From Raillietiella orientalis (Eukaryota): a stretch of 64,000 nt of DNA. The stretch's first letter is position 1. Every line of letters begins with the position of its first letter. The notes under the pieces are model-generated. The model was not told where the DNA came from. It saw only the letters and a program-made list of their open reading frames with translations, and did no database searches. The translations under genes and the position numbers were made by a program. The DNA is taken from the NCBI GenBank assembly GCA_036172245.1, contig JAYWIR010000018.1:434001-498000 (forward strand), written 5' to 3'. This document shows, one piece after another, positions 49,451-62,099 of this stretch.

Positions 49451-51299
49451 GTTGGCTCTACGGTCCGCGAGCACATTGGCGAATTTAATTGCTCAAATCG
49501 GGGAAAGGGAGGGGAAGAAGGGTAAGACTTCCGAATGGCCTCTGCTTATATCCATGAGAAGGCTAAAGCCCGACGGCTTTGTGATCCGGTGCTTTGATTC
49601 TGGAGACAAGATGGCATGTGGCGCGAGTTAAAGAAGCAGTCACCGTCGCAAGACAACGTGTCTGCTCCAGTCTTTGCATCATGATCCCACCCGGAGGAGG
49701 AGGACACATTTCCTCATCGAGACGTAATGGGAGAGGTGGATTCGGGTGCCATCTGATATGCATGAGGGGGCGGGCACGGCCTCTCCGGAGGAACAAAAAA
49801 CATCTACAGATACGGGCCCACCCGGTAGATCTCGCCATCTTCTTCCTCTGACAGTCTGCAGTCTTTTTGCCGCCGCAGTCAAAATCCTCGGCCTCCTTCT
49901 TCCGTGATAAACACGGGACCACGTTTCTGGAGAGCAAACAGCAGGTAGGGTGCCGATCTTGTGGGCAGAGAACGACTCCCATCTGTCGAGAGACATCAAC
50001 GCATCCTGGGAGATTGAACCGACCTGCATCGAGGAGCTGTCCTGCACGGGGTCCGCGGGCACTCGTGAAAATGAAGTGACCTCGAACACCGGCAGTATTC
50101 GACCTTCCCTTCAAAGACCTCCGTAGCACCTCAAAGGAAAGACAGCTCGTTGGGGAGCTTGCAGGTACGTGTGTACACGTACACGTGACGAAATGAAATG
50201 GAAAAGGCATGCGCTGTGGAGTCCTCGTGGAGTGGGTTGGCCGGAAAATCTCGTTTTTCGCACAGTCGCCTCTGTGACCAACAAATTAAACGGAGCCAAC
50301 TTGTCGGTCAGAGAGGCATCGGTCACAGCCGACGCTCATCATCTTGACGTATGATTTCATTCAGCGAAGTGCACTTGATTGATGCTATGTATAATGCAAT
50401 GACAAACAGACCATTTCACATCTTTATAGCTGCTTATGTGCAATCATGCGAGCTTAATTGAATGCGCGATTATTTTGTTTCCTTAAACGAAAATCGGTGG
50501 AACAGGATCACGCGGGCACTCCATTGAAACGAGGATCTTTCTTTACTCCGTGGCAAGCCCCGATTAATAAATCATTCAAAAAATGATTACCATCCAAATG
50601 AGTCGAATCACAGGAGCAAGTAACACACGAAAAATCTCTCCCTTCTCCCAGGTTATGTATCACCGAATTTTTTTTTTTTCCACGAATCTAATAAAGGGCG
50701 AAAGCTTTATCTTCGTGGTTCCGAGGACCTCTCCGGCTTGACCACAGTGATGCAGGCACCGCGGCAGATAGCGAGGCGGGAGCGGGGGGGAGGGGAGCAA
50801 AAGCGTCCCGCAAGGGGGCGCGCGCGGGCAGAGCAACAGTGATCACGACTCATCGGCGAGCACAGGCTAATTTATCGATCAAGTCGCCCGCCGCCATTTG
50901 AACCGTGTTCTCGCCCCCTGCCCTCCCGCAGTTCCGCTATGAGAACGATCGACGAGTGCCGCACGGGTCTCTCCTCCGCCTTGTCCCACGCAGGGTTCGT
51001 TTCTCCAGAATCAAGGGTCGCCGCTGACAACCTCGCCTGCTCTTCTTGCATTGCCCTTTGCTCCGTTCTGTATCTTTCGGTGTCCGCACCCCCCTACTGG
51101 AGCACTCGTCGTCGTCGCCGTCGCAGGATGTCATCTCACTCGCCACCCTTCCTCACTGTCCCTAAGACGCTGCGTCCCGATTCTCTCGTCGTTTTTGATT
51201 CGGAGGATTCTGCTGGGGAAGAGTCCGCTGCGTTCCTCTCTTGCTCCCTCTCCACCGGAGGGAAATCCGATCGTACCTCGCCACGGCGGGTACCGAAAA

Positions 51300-54200
51300 C
51301 TGAGAGAGAACGGGAGAGAGAGAGAGAGGAGGGGGGGGGACGGCGGCGACGGCGCCGGGATGCCTGCTTCGGGTATCCCGCGCTGTAAGCGCCATGGGGA
51401 GGGCGTCGCTGCCGAACCCTTCCCCTACTCCCTTCTCCTTCCTCCTCCCCTTTACCTCCTCATCTCACCCCTGGAGAGAAGAGTGCTTCGCCGCTGCCGC
51501 CGTGGCAGTGCCCTGTTGCTCTCGCGAGCATCCATCCCTGGCGGCCGCCCACAGCTAGAATGGATGCCAGGTGGAAGGACTTCCCTCACACGATGCACGG
51601 CGGCAGGGAGGGAAGGAGGGAGAGAAAACGGTGGTCGAGGGTTAGAGAAGGAATGGGGCGGAGAAGGCAGACGGTGCCGCGTGCCAGGCGCTCCTGGAGC
51701 ACGAAACAGCCACGCTCGCCTCGTAGCTGTTGCCACCCAAGATACAAAGCAGTACACTCCTCCCTCTCCTCCGGAACGCCCGCTCGCCCCAGCCTTGGAC
51801 GGACGTGCTCTACTTCGATGACGATGAGGCCTTTCCCAGGCAGAGCTCGGGACGATGCGATTCTTCCTGCACGAGGGGGACCCTTGGGAACGAGGAGTCC
51901 TCGATCTCCTTCTCTGCGGGCAGAGACCCGGCTTCAGGTCACGCATGGTGGTACGCTGCTCTACGCCACCTATGGCTTTCTTTTCTTTCCTTCCCATCGG
52001 ATGGGACACAGGAGTCTCCAAGCTGCGACTCGGCAGATGGGGAGGAATCTTCCGGGAGGAGGAGCAAGCCCGTCTTCCCTCCTCTTCGAGGGTCCCCATG
52101 GGCTGCAGCCCCGCATGCGGATGAAGGTAGGGTGGAAACAGAAGGGCGGCGGTGAGGACGGCGGCAAGCGCCGAAGGGAGGGGAAGGGCACCTGGACGGA
52201 TGGGAATAAAGGGGAGCCGTCTCGTCCTTACGAAGCAGAAGAGCAAGTCCCGGAACGTCTTCCCGCGTCCTGCTTCTCGGGGTGCTCGAGAGAAGGGAAG
52301 GGTAAAAGAAAGGGGGACGAGGGAGAGTGGCCGCATCCGGTGCGAGAGCAAGTGCTTCTGATTCAGGCAGGAGTCCTCCTTTTTCGGGCTGTCTTCCGGG
52401 GAAAGACAATGCGCCACCGTTCCCGGAGGATGTCGGGGAAGGGATGCTTCCGGGCGCCTGCGCGAGCGCAGTGAGCCTCCCCCCACGGTTCCTGGCAGCA
52501 GAGGGCCTTCTGCCCGACCGTGTCCCGTTCCGGGTCACAGATGCGGCTGGGGGGGAGGCTTCCCTTCGCGTCGCTGCGACCGGCGCACTCGCGGCGGCTG
52601 TCGCCACGGAAACCGCCGCAGTGAGTGCCGAGGACGGCTGGCGTGCCGGAGGTTCCGCTGAGGCGCGCCGCCCGCCGCTGCCCCCGGCTCCCCCCTGGTG
52701 AGAAACGGTACCTCCGTATCCCGCCCCCACCTTCCTCCTTCTTGTGCTGCGAGTGCCCACGATAGGGGGAATGGCAACCCCGCTGCGCCCACCGTCCCCA
52801 CCCTGAGACGGCCATGTCGGAAGGAGGGTGGGCGGCGAACAGCTCCTCTCCAGAAGAAGCCAAAGAAGGGCTGACCACGCCCTCCGTCCTGGCGACGTCG
52901 GTCCTTCTCGCTGCCACCACGTTGGTCACCATCGTAGGTGAGTGAGAGTCAAGAAAGGGGCAGTCCTTCCCATGGCCTACAATTTGGGTTCCCATTTCAT
53001 CCCAGAGAGACCGCGTTCCTACCCTCCTTTTTCGGGAGACGGCGGGAGTCGCGCGTTCTCCCTCTCATTCACTCTGGAATCCCTCTAGTGGGCAGGGAGA
53101 AGCAGGAAGCTGACGATCCTGGAGAAGGCGCGAGTCGGGAGCGGCCCAACTTCTCGTCCTTCCCCCTCGAGAGGCGGGAGTCCCTCCTTCCTCCTCGATG
53201 GGAGAAGGGTAGCTTCCCCACGGAAAGGAGGGAGTCATCTCACAGCCTCCAGAACGGGCGGTCTTGCCCCTCTTTGCTGCTTTTCCTGCACCTCCCCTGT
53301 CGGCGAGACGACCCGGTGGTTCCTAGGGGCAGTCTCTTCGCATCCCCTCCTCCCCGAGGGAACAGGGAGGGTAATCGAGGGCAAAACGAAAGCGAGTAGG
53401 TGATCCAGATCGCTGCTCCCACCGCATCAGTGATCCGGGCTCCTCTGCTCTTGCCGTGCCTCGAGGTAGCCCACTGCACCTTGCGCGACCTTCGGGACGA
53501 ACGGTCTCCCGCGTGTTTTTTCCCGCGTTCTCCTGCCATTAAGATTTCCGGTTTCGGCTCGTGCAGTGGGCTAACAGGAATTTCGGAGAGGGGGGGGAGG
53601 TGGGACAGGCGGGTGGGAATGGGGTGGAAGGAACTTCCCATCCGCTCTCCTCTCATCTGGGTGGGTTGATGGCGCGCGCGCCCGCCTCCAGTCTCCGCAT
53701 TCTTTACCCACCCGAGAAGCCGAGAGCTCCCGGCAGCCGCCTACGATGAGGCCGACGGAACTTCCCGGAAGTCTTCCTGTCGGGATAGATGCCGGTTTCG
53801 GCAGAGAGCGGCGGGAGGAGCCTCGTGATTCGATGCACTCGTGGCGGTTACCGTCTGGGGGGTCACTGTCGCGGAGTGGTGGCCCAGCAGCAGGCATTTC
53901 AGGAGCCCGCAGTCGGGTTGATCCAAGGACCTGAGAGTTGAATGCAAAAGAGCACGAAAGTTGGTACCTTGGTGATCCTCAATCCTCTCGCGGGATTCAC
54001 GACCACCGAGACGGTCGATTTCTTCAGCAACTGGCGGGTAGCGGGTCTTCCTTCGAGCCTTCTTTGCTCGGCGTTCCAAAAACGCTGGCCTCTTTCACGT
54101 CCGAGTCGGTACCGCAAGCAGTCCGGCCGAATTCCGGCGAGGGTAGGCGGAAGTGACCCGCTCTGGGGTTAGGACTTCGTCGCCCATCTGCAGGTTTCTC

Positions 54201-54500
54201 TCGGCTTCTGGTTCAAGTGTTTCCTTTCGCCCCACCTGCGTCGCCAGGAGCGAAAGTCGCATTCCCTGTCCGGTGAGCGTCTCCACGGACGGGCGCAGCC
54301 ACGATTCTCGCCACGGCCTGATCAGCACACGCCATTTTTCCAGTGCGAAACAATGCGTTCCCCACGGGCGGATCGTCCAACAGTGCGCTCTTATGTCCGC
54401 CATCAGGCACGCTTCCCTCCCATCGGTCCGCGTATGCTTCGCAACTCTTCGCCACACTTGGACGCAAGAATGTGTTCGCGACGCCATCTTGTTTCGCTTC
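51300..54500 (-). mobile_element. Decayed L1/Tx1-like LINE 5' part (ORF1 plus APE)
   Basis: ORF1: ITKVPTFVLF, then QPDCGLLKCLLLGHHSA (CxxC...GH). APE: VPGLALLLRK, PPYLHP, QLGDS. Confidence 0.55.
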
Positions 54501-54849
54501 AGGGAACCCACGTCGACAACAGTGACTTTTTACGCCTTCCAGATGGAAACACAAAGAGGCGTCATCGAGAAAAAAGACGGAATAATAAAGCCCTTCGCTT
54601 TGTGTTTCTTCTTTTTCTTTTTCTTTTTTTATCTTTGCATCTTCCCCTTTACAAAAATTTCGGGAAATCTTCGATAAATCGGGAAAAGGGTGTGTGAGGG
54701 AAAGGGGGGGGGGGAGGGGGGAGGGGAAGCGGCAGACTCGATCAGAGGGGAAAAATCCAACACGTAGGGAGAAAAAGAAAAACAGAAGGAAAGTTTAAAG
54801 GCAGGGAGAGTTCACGGGACTGGGCAGAGAAGGATTTCTCAGAGGAGGG

Positions 54850-56700
54850 GATCTGTAGCTTCGGGAATCAAAGCCGGGAAGATCCTGCGAGCGCATTTAC
54901 ACTGCACGCAACTCGAGAGCAAGAAGGTGCGTTCCATGCGCACACTGGTCATTGGAAGTCTCTTGCTTTTTGCCTCTGATCTCGCTAGAGAGCAGCTCCA
55001 CGCGGAGGAGGAGGAAGGCTCCGGAAGAAGAGGGCAAAGGGGCATGGCAGGAGGAAGGAAAATGGCAACTGGAGATCGCACGTATGGTGGGAGGTAGGCT
55101 GAAGCGTTCCCTACTGTGGGAGTCTGGAAGAAGAAGGAAACGGGACTCGTTGCAGGCAGAGCTTCCGCTTCTCCGTCCATCCTTTCCCGAACCCCTTCCC
55201 TCCTTCTCTCCTGAGCCTTCTGCTCTGTGTTCTCGAGGAGTCTCAGAACCGGAGTTTTCCGATGACGAACACAAGCAATTCTGATCATCACAGATCCATC
55301 CTCCCCTCCCTCATCTTCAACCTCCTTCTTTAAGGAAAACTCCTTCGCAAATCCTTCGGCGGGGATGCCCAAGTCCGCTGGCAGGGAGATGGATCCCTGT
55401 TGCCTCCTCCATTCTTCTGAGGGTCGGCAGCAGCGCCTGTGGCCTCGACGGAACGTGATGGACAGTTCCTCGGGGAGAGGGCGGCGAGTATCCTTCGGGA
55501 GATTCGGTCCTCGCGGTTGGCTGCTCCCCGGAGGAAGGATGGGAGTCCCCGCGCTCCCGGAAGGAATATCCGCCACCCGCGCGGCATATCCGGCGTACCC
55601 TCATCCATCAGGAGATTCCGAGGCGTCCAATAGTCGCCGCGAACGTCATGGAAGTGCGTCCGCCCGTCGTTCCCATGTCTCAGGTGGAGGGGAGGGGGGA
55701 GGGGACGGGAGAGGGTAGCGCGTGAGTTTCCCTGCGATGCTCTGGTCCCTCCCGCTCGGTGCAGGCACTCTCCCCCCAAAAGCGTTCAGCGTTCCTCCTC
55801 TGGAGGCGCACCTACTACAGGGGAGGAACACTGCTCTCTCGTCCGACCTCCCCTCCCCTCCCTTTTTTGTACCGGTCCCGTTCGTGCAGCAGCAGATGTG
55901 CCAACGCCGAACCAACCATGCCCTTGTCTTTCTCTGGCGATAGTCTCGCTTGCTGGGAAATGCTCACGGGGGAAAGGGGGTCCACAGTGATGGACCCCCT
56001 CGATATCAGCATTCTTGGCGAGACCCACGGATCCTCCTTTTGGTTTCCGTTTGGGGGAAGTGAGGAAAGGGGGAGGAAGAGGATGGACCAGGAGTTTGCG
56101 GCATGCACGGGATTTTCACTGAAAAGGGAGAGTAGTTCCTGGGGCGAGGAGAGCGCTTCCTGGAACACGCAAGAACCGGGAGAGACAGCTGCCTTCCGGC
56201 GAATCCCGTGAACCGTTCCTTCCGGGAGTTTCTCCCGGGGCGAAGCGCACGCTGCATCCCGAGAGAAAGGGAGGCTCCCCTCCCCCCTCTCAAGGGAAGA
56301 GAAAGTAACCTGTGAGCAGGCTCTCCCTACTCGCTCGGCCGCGAGGACGGCGCAGCTGCGTCCTGGAGCCCGCTGCCCTTTAGGGGCCATCGGATAACAC
56401 CGGAGAGCCATTCGGCGTGAACTGCCTCCGACCCCTACTCGAGCCATGTTTGTCGCCTTGACGCCACCAGCGGATCCCTGCTGGTGGTCCCAGCGCACAC
56501 CGGAGGTGTTCCCAAGGAAAGGCGCTTCTAGGAGGCTCACGAGGGACGCAGAGGAAAGGACAACCCCGTGTCTGGCGGGGCGAGTTGCATAGAGAAAAAA
56601 AAAAGAAGAGGAAGAAGAGCCCGGCGGGGCAGGCCCATCCCTCCCGCGGCTACCATAAGGCCTTCGTAAGCCACCCTCGTGCAAGACTTTCGGAGAAGCA
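54850..56700 (-). mobile_element. Further decayed LINE fragment (ORF1/APE/linker pieces)
   Basis: GDYWTPRNLLMDE (G.WK.N..LL.D) and KNADIEGV (N..G) remnants. Confidence 0.35.
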
Positions 56701-56949
56701 GGCCGAGCGAGGGAGCAGTCCGGGACTCAGCAACTCCGATCAGCAGGATCGTCGCTCCTGCAGTGAGCAACGGCTGAGCATCCAACAGAGGAGCGATGGA
56801 AGCCTCCCCAGAGGGGTCACCCTCACCGAAAGCACCAGATAGGACCAAAGACGCCCACAGGGAATCGAGCAGCCGGACTCCTGAGGAGAGAGGGAACGGC
56901 ATCTTGCTGGAGCAGACGGCCAGGAGGCAACGAAGAGGGAAGACGGAAT

Positions 56950-58000
56950 GGGACAGCGGAAGACGAAGAGCAAGTGGATGAGCACACCCAGCACATCTCC
57001 CTGCTGCTGAAAAATGGGAGTACTTCAGGAACCCTCCCTTTCCTCTCCCCCTGCTCTGTGAGCGGTTGCAGTCTTCGAGACAATGTGTGGAATTTCTGGG
57101 AACTTCTACTCCCTCCAGAGTGTCCTCCCCCTTCTGGCCTGCAGGAATGCGTGGAGAATAGGAGCTCATGGCAAGACTTCCGGGTGTCGACACCCTTGGA
57201 GTGCCCAGAAGTGGAGTCGAAGATGGAAACCGCCCAGGAAAACAAAGTGCTTCCGGGAAGCGTGTTCCTTGGAGCAGGGAAAAACCCGGGAGCATTCTCG
57301 AAAACCTCCCGCTTTACCCAACACCAGGAGGTGTCATGAGGTTGCCTGAGAGCAAGAAGGATTGGAGGAGGAAGTCTGTGCCACCATCCTTTATTCGCAG
57401 AAAGCCTGCAGTTAGGAAAGAAAGGGATTTTCACGGTCTCTGGGCACCTTTTTTTTTCCGACAGGGAAAAAAGAGGGAAGAGTCCCCGGAGGTCGACACC
57501 CATTCTCTGTCTTTCTCTCTCTCTTGCCCGTAGGGACCGCTGACCGAGCGCGCGCACTCGCGTTGAATTGTGTCCCACGAGAGTGCCCAGCTTGGGAAGA
57601 GAGACTCCATTGGGAGGAGGCGGCGGACCCTGAGAAGCAGTCTCGCAGGATCGTCCCAGGGCCCGTGGGATCGGCAGGATATTGTATGTCCTTCCCTTTT
57701 CGACCTGGTCCTGTCATCCCTCCCATATTTCCGGTTAACTCCACTCTTTCCCTGGATGCCGACTCGTCCCCGTGGAAGGGTTCCCTCCTTCTGTCAGCTC
57801 CTCCTTACCCGGATGAACGAGGTCAACCGGGAGATCTCCAGGAGGCACCGAAGAGGGGAGCTGGCGTATCAAAACCCCGACAAGCAGTTGCGGAGCAGCT
57901 GCTTCCCCTCCCCCCTCTCCCTCCTTTCTCCGACACCAGTGAGATCGTCCGGCTGCGTGGGCACGACATCACCACCGGCCGGTCACGAATGGGGAAACCA
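56950..58000 (+). mobile_element. L1/Tx1-like RT and post-RT fragment, decayed
   Basis: CSVSGCSLRDNVWNFWELL (C.VPGR.I.DN...RD), LVLSSLPY, DLQEAPKRGAGVSKP (L..P...GGLG). Confidence 0.5.
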
Positions 58001-59199
58001 GAAGCATGCACGCACGCGGCAGTCCATGCATTTGCTTAGGCAGATTTTGGCATGCTTCCGTGAGGGGCAAGGAAGGATTCAGCGGCCCCGTGCATCCCCT
58101 TCCCCCTCACTTCCTCCGTGCCCTTCCACCTGCGTCCGTGGGTTCTTACGGAAGGTGCACATCCCTTCTCGCAAACCGCGGGCACACCAGTGGATCGATG
58201 GTGCAGAGCGTTACCAAAATGCCACGGGATCAGCGATTCCTTGAGAAACGAGGCGATGCACTCAAAGCAAAAGCGGCGTGTCCGCGTGCACACGCAGCCG
58301 AGGACAAGCAAACCTCGCCTAATCTGCTCTTGAGCTGTACGCTGGCGACGAGGTGGTCACCAGCGTGCAGTGGCCGTTATCAACCTCGTGAAAACAAATC
58401 TTCCTTACTTCAAGAAGCTCACCTTGTGTATTAGCATTCGCTCGGATTGGCTTTTCCGCTTTCTCATTCGTGCGTGCAGGAAGCGAAGAAAAATCGGGTT
58501 TGTATGCAGTGCAGGAAACGGGGAATCCCGTCGGCCGTAGTTTTCCAACGCAGTAAGAAGTCCGACCTCGTCACAGCTCGAATGATCCCAGATTTCGAAC
58601 GGTCTTCCGAACCCGTAGGCTGCCATCTCTTCTGTGAACTCCGTCACAGCGCCCGGCTGGGTGGAACCACAGGTTGCGGGGGATGGTGCGCCCCCCCCTT
58701 CGCACGCCAAGAACGAACTCGGATGGACTTCCCTCGCACGAATTCCAGGCCCGAATCCAGGAGCGGGGAGCCGGCAAAGGCCGCGGAGACAATGGAGACG
58801 CGCGCAACAATGGAACGGTTGGCGTATCCAGGAGCCCGTTGCTGAGCAGCCGCGCCATTGTTCTTGCTTGAATTGCATTTTACCAACGAAGGCCGTGCCC
58901 GCTGGATTTAATGACCCGAGTACATGGCTGCGGTTCCTCAGATTAATGGAGAAAAACACACGCGACGAATCATAATAAGAGATGCATTATTTAATTAAAT
59001 GTGATCTCATAAACTCCCGCGTTCGCTACCTCGTATAATATATTTGTGGTGCATGCGCTCTTTCATGCTTCCGATTCCCGGACCGGTTTGCTTTCTTTCC
59101 AGAAGCGAAACCACGAAATGAAGTTTCCATCAAGTTATTTGCTTCCGGAGTATGCATACACGTGTGCGCGCACACACGTGTATACGCGGAGATGCACTC

Positions 59200-60850
59200 G
59201 GCAAGATGCTCGCATTTATCATGGAATCTGACGTGTTTCTCGGCTGCGATTACGTAGACAACGGTAACGCAATGACATTGCATTTGCAGCGCGAAGTTTA
59301 TTAAGTCCGTCCATCCGTGAGCAGATTACTACTCTCAAAGTCTCCGTAAACACGGAAGTCCGCGTGTAGGATACAGAAGAGAAAAAGATTGTTCTGGTGA
59401 AGACATTCGAAGCAGGAAAAAAAGAAAAAAGGCAGTGGCAAGACAAACTTTCGACAAGGCGGGCGGAAAATCTGGAGTTTTCTCGGGAATGATCGGAAAT
59501 TTTTCTCGGCACACTTTGGAAAACCAAGGAATGCTTTTTTCCTTCCAGGATTTCCCGCCTGGCGGGCCAGAGTGCCGAGCACTTGGCAATCAGCTGATTG
59601 TACCCTTGACTTGTATACTCTATTTATTGTATTGCCCTTTAATAAATTACATATAATATCAGTGCTTCATTAGTGCATGCCTTGTTCAATTCATAATTGC
59701 TGAACGGGGAGAAAACCGAGGACAGACGAGAGGATAACTCCAGCAAGCTCGAATTTCCTTTGGGAAATTTGTCAGACGCAAAGTGGAAACGCGCTGGCCA
59801 GAGCCCATGCGCTCTCATCCTGAGCTCACGCATCTGCAGCCCCAGGAAACCTGTTCATCCCGGGCTGCTGTGGCTCGAGTGCGAGTGGCCATTTTCGTTC
59901 GCACTTTCCCCTTGCCTCCGGGAAGGACCCGATGAGCCACCGTTGTGGCCCCTCCCTCCCTTTCCTCCCACCGTCGAGAGTACTCGCTCGGGGGCGATGA
60001 CTTGACTTGTGCAATGAGCAGAATGTCCACGATACATCTCTCATCTAGAGTGAACTAGTTTAAGATCATGGTAAGATCATGCAACCATCAAGGTGAAGTC
60101 GTAAAAGGTAAAAACGCTCTCCGTTCGTGCTGATGGAGTCTTAACGTGGACCATTCGAAGCAGCCGGCCCTGTCGCCGAGGTGCATTAACAGCGTTCGTT
60201 GACAAGAACTTATTACTGAAACGAGATTCAGGAGAAAGATTATTGGATTTTTTCGACAAAGTATCAGCAATGTATATCAGCAAAATATCTCGACCACATC
60301 TGAGACGAGAGAGAGAGGAAAAGAAAAAAAATTCTTCTTAAAGGGTAATGATTGCGTAATGATTGGCACGGACTTTCAAAATGCCCCCCAACTTTTCGCG
60401 AAGAACTCTCGCATTTCCTTACAGCCTCTGTCTGCGGAGATGGGCACGGCCTGCTTTGCTTTTTTCCGACTCTCTTTTATTTTTGTAATGCAAAAAGCAA
60501 AAAAATAAAATAAAACGAAAAGGACAAAGCAGGACGGCTGCTGCTAAGATTCTTAAGATTTCCAATGCCAAGAGCAAAGGAAACAGTCGGGGATGGAAAA
60601 TCTGCTGTCGCTCTGTTGACGAGTCACTCCTTAGGGACCGGCCGCAGCACGTGGTTGTTAGACTTTGCTCACGAAATATCCCTCCCTGCCTCTGTTTTGA
60701 AAATGAGAGATTCCGGGATCTCGGATCCCACGTTTAATTTCTTAGCGCTGGCAAATTGACAATCGAGACAGATAAAGAGATCCATGTGAAGACGACATCT
60801 GTCCGTTTCCTATTTCCTTTTCACGGCGCTCGTAGGAAAGTGGTTCCCAT
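59200..60850 (-). mobile_element. Decayed Ty3/Gypsy pol (RNase H end plus integrase)
   Basis: IYIADTLSK (ADxLSR), HSSH, LRMRAHGLWP (RAR..YWP), ILHADFRVYGDFE..LLTDG (LK..F..HG.P....SDNG), in order. Confidence 0.5.
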
Positions 60851-62099
60851 TGGCAACCAATTTCCTTGCGCTCTCTTTGTTACTTTTCCCTGTCTACTGT
60901 ATGAGCGGCTTTCTGAGAGCTCTCGTCATGATGTTTGCTTGCTCCCCTGGCTGGTCAGCCACGAGGATTCGTCTTCCAGGGTCGGAAGTTTCTGCAACCT
61001 CTCAAACCCCTCCTTCCCACCCACCACGCGTGGAAAAAAACACTTCCAAGTCTTCTGCTTCCCTTCTTCGGTCATTCCTCTGGGTGTCACCACGTGGTTG
61101 TCAGCATTTGAAGGTGCGGATGTCCGTGGCGCGCAATTCTTCCAGCGGCACCAGTGACCGAAGGACTCGTTGGACCCTCATTCATCTGTGGGGCTTAGTG
61201 GTGACAACCGACCCCGGTAACAGCACCCGCGGAACCGCGGAGCAGTCCTTAAACGAGCGCGTTCCATTCCGGCGGCGGACTGGGGTCGCCTGCGAGCCCG
61301 TGTGCATCACGTAATCCGCACACGTACACACACACACATACATGGGTGTTTGAAAGTATACATCGAAAAAACATTTCCAAAATATTTATCCATTTCGAAT
61401 AGGCGTTTTGTAAACGACGCCGTCTCTATAAAAACCAACCCACTCAGTACGTGTCTGTTTAGATGGCCGGATGTTTCCTTCCTTTTGCTTTCTCCTCCGT
61501 AAGCATATTTGGCTGTGCAGTTTCGTTTTCCCTTATGCTAATGCACCGTGCTTGTCGGTGTATCAGTGTGTTTTCCTTGTGTACACGGAATGAATCAACA
61601 TGGAATGCTTAGTATACATCCGAACCGAAGGGTCGCTCCTGCGCATCGTTTCCATCGAGGGTTTGTGTATTCTTTGCTTAAATATTGCATTTCTTCTCCT
61701 CATCAAAACGGTCGACTTGCATGAGGATTACCACATTTGTGCTTTCTTTTAACTGATCATTTGCAACTTTAATCAATAATCCAGGAGCATGTGGGTTCTG
61801 ACCATCCACGTACTGGCGCCAAATTTATCGTTTTTGCAGCACCATTTGCCTTTCCATTATACGCATGCTAAAGTCACCTTCCCCTCCCCCCCTCCTCCCT
61901 CAAAAAAAAAGGAAAAAAAAAAGTAATTCTGCTAGAAACACACACACACACACACGAGAAATAGAAGGCTGCCACTTCCACGTGCGCGATGTACACAGTT
62001 CCATCACTTCCCACGGTGTTTCTCCGGAGAGCTTCTGTATTGATTGCTTACAGAAAAAAAAAGTCCACGTCGTAAGTCGGGTTCGGTGCTCAGGAGTAA

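Noticed and set aside
49590..49910. GPCR-like hydrophobic fragments (AIFFL / LPLTVCSLF)
   Set aside because: Too degenerate; no ordered set of transmembrane motifs.
58634..58800. Tc1/mariner-like GDGAPP...ELGW
   Set aside because: No catalytic residues or further motifs could be confirmed.
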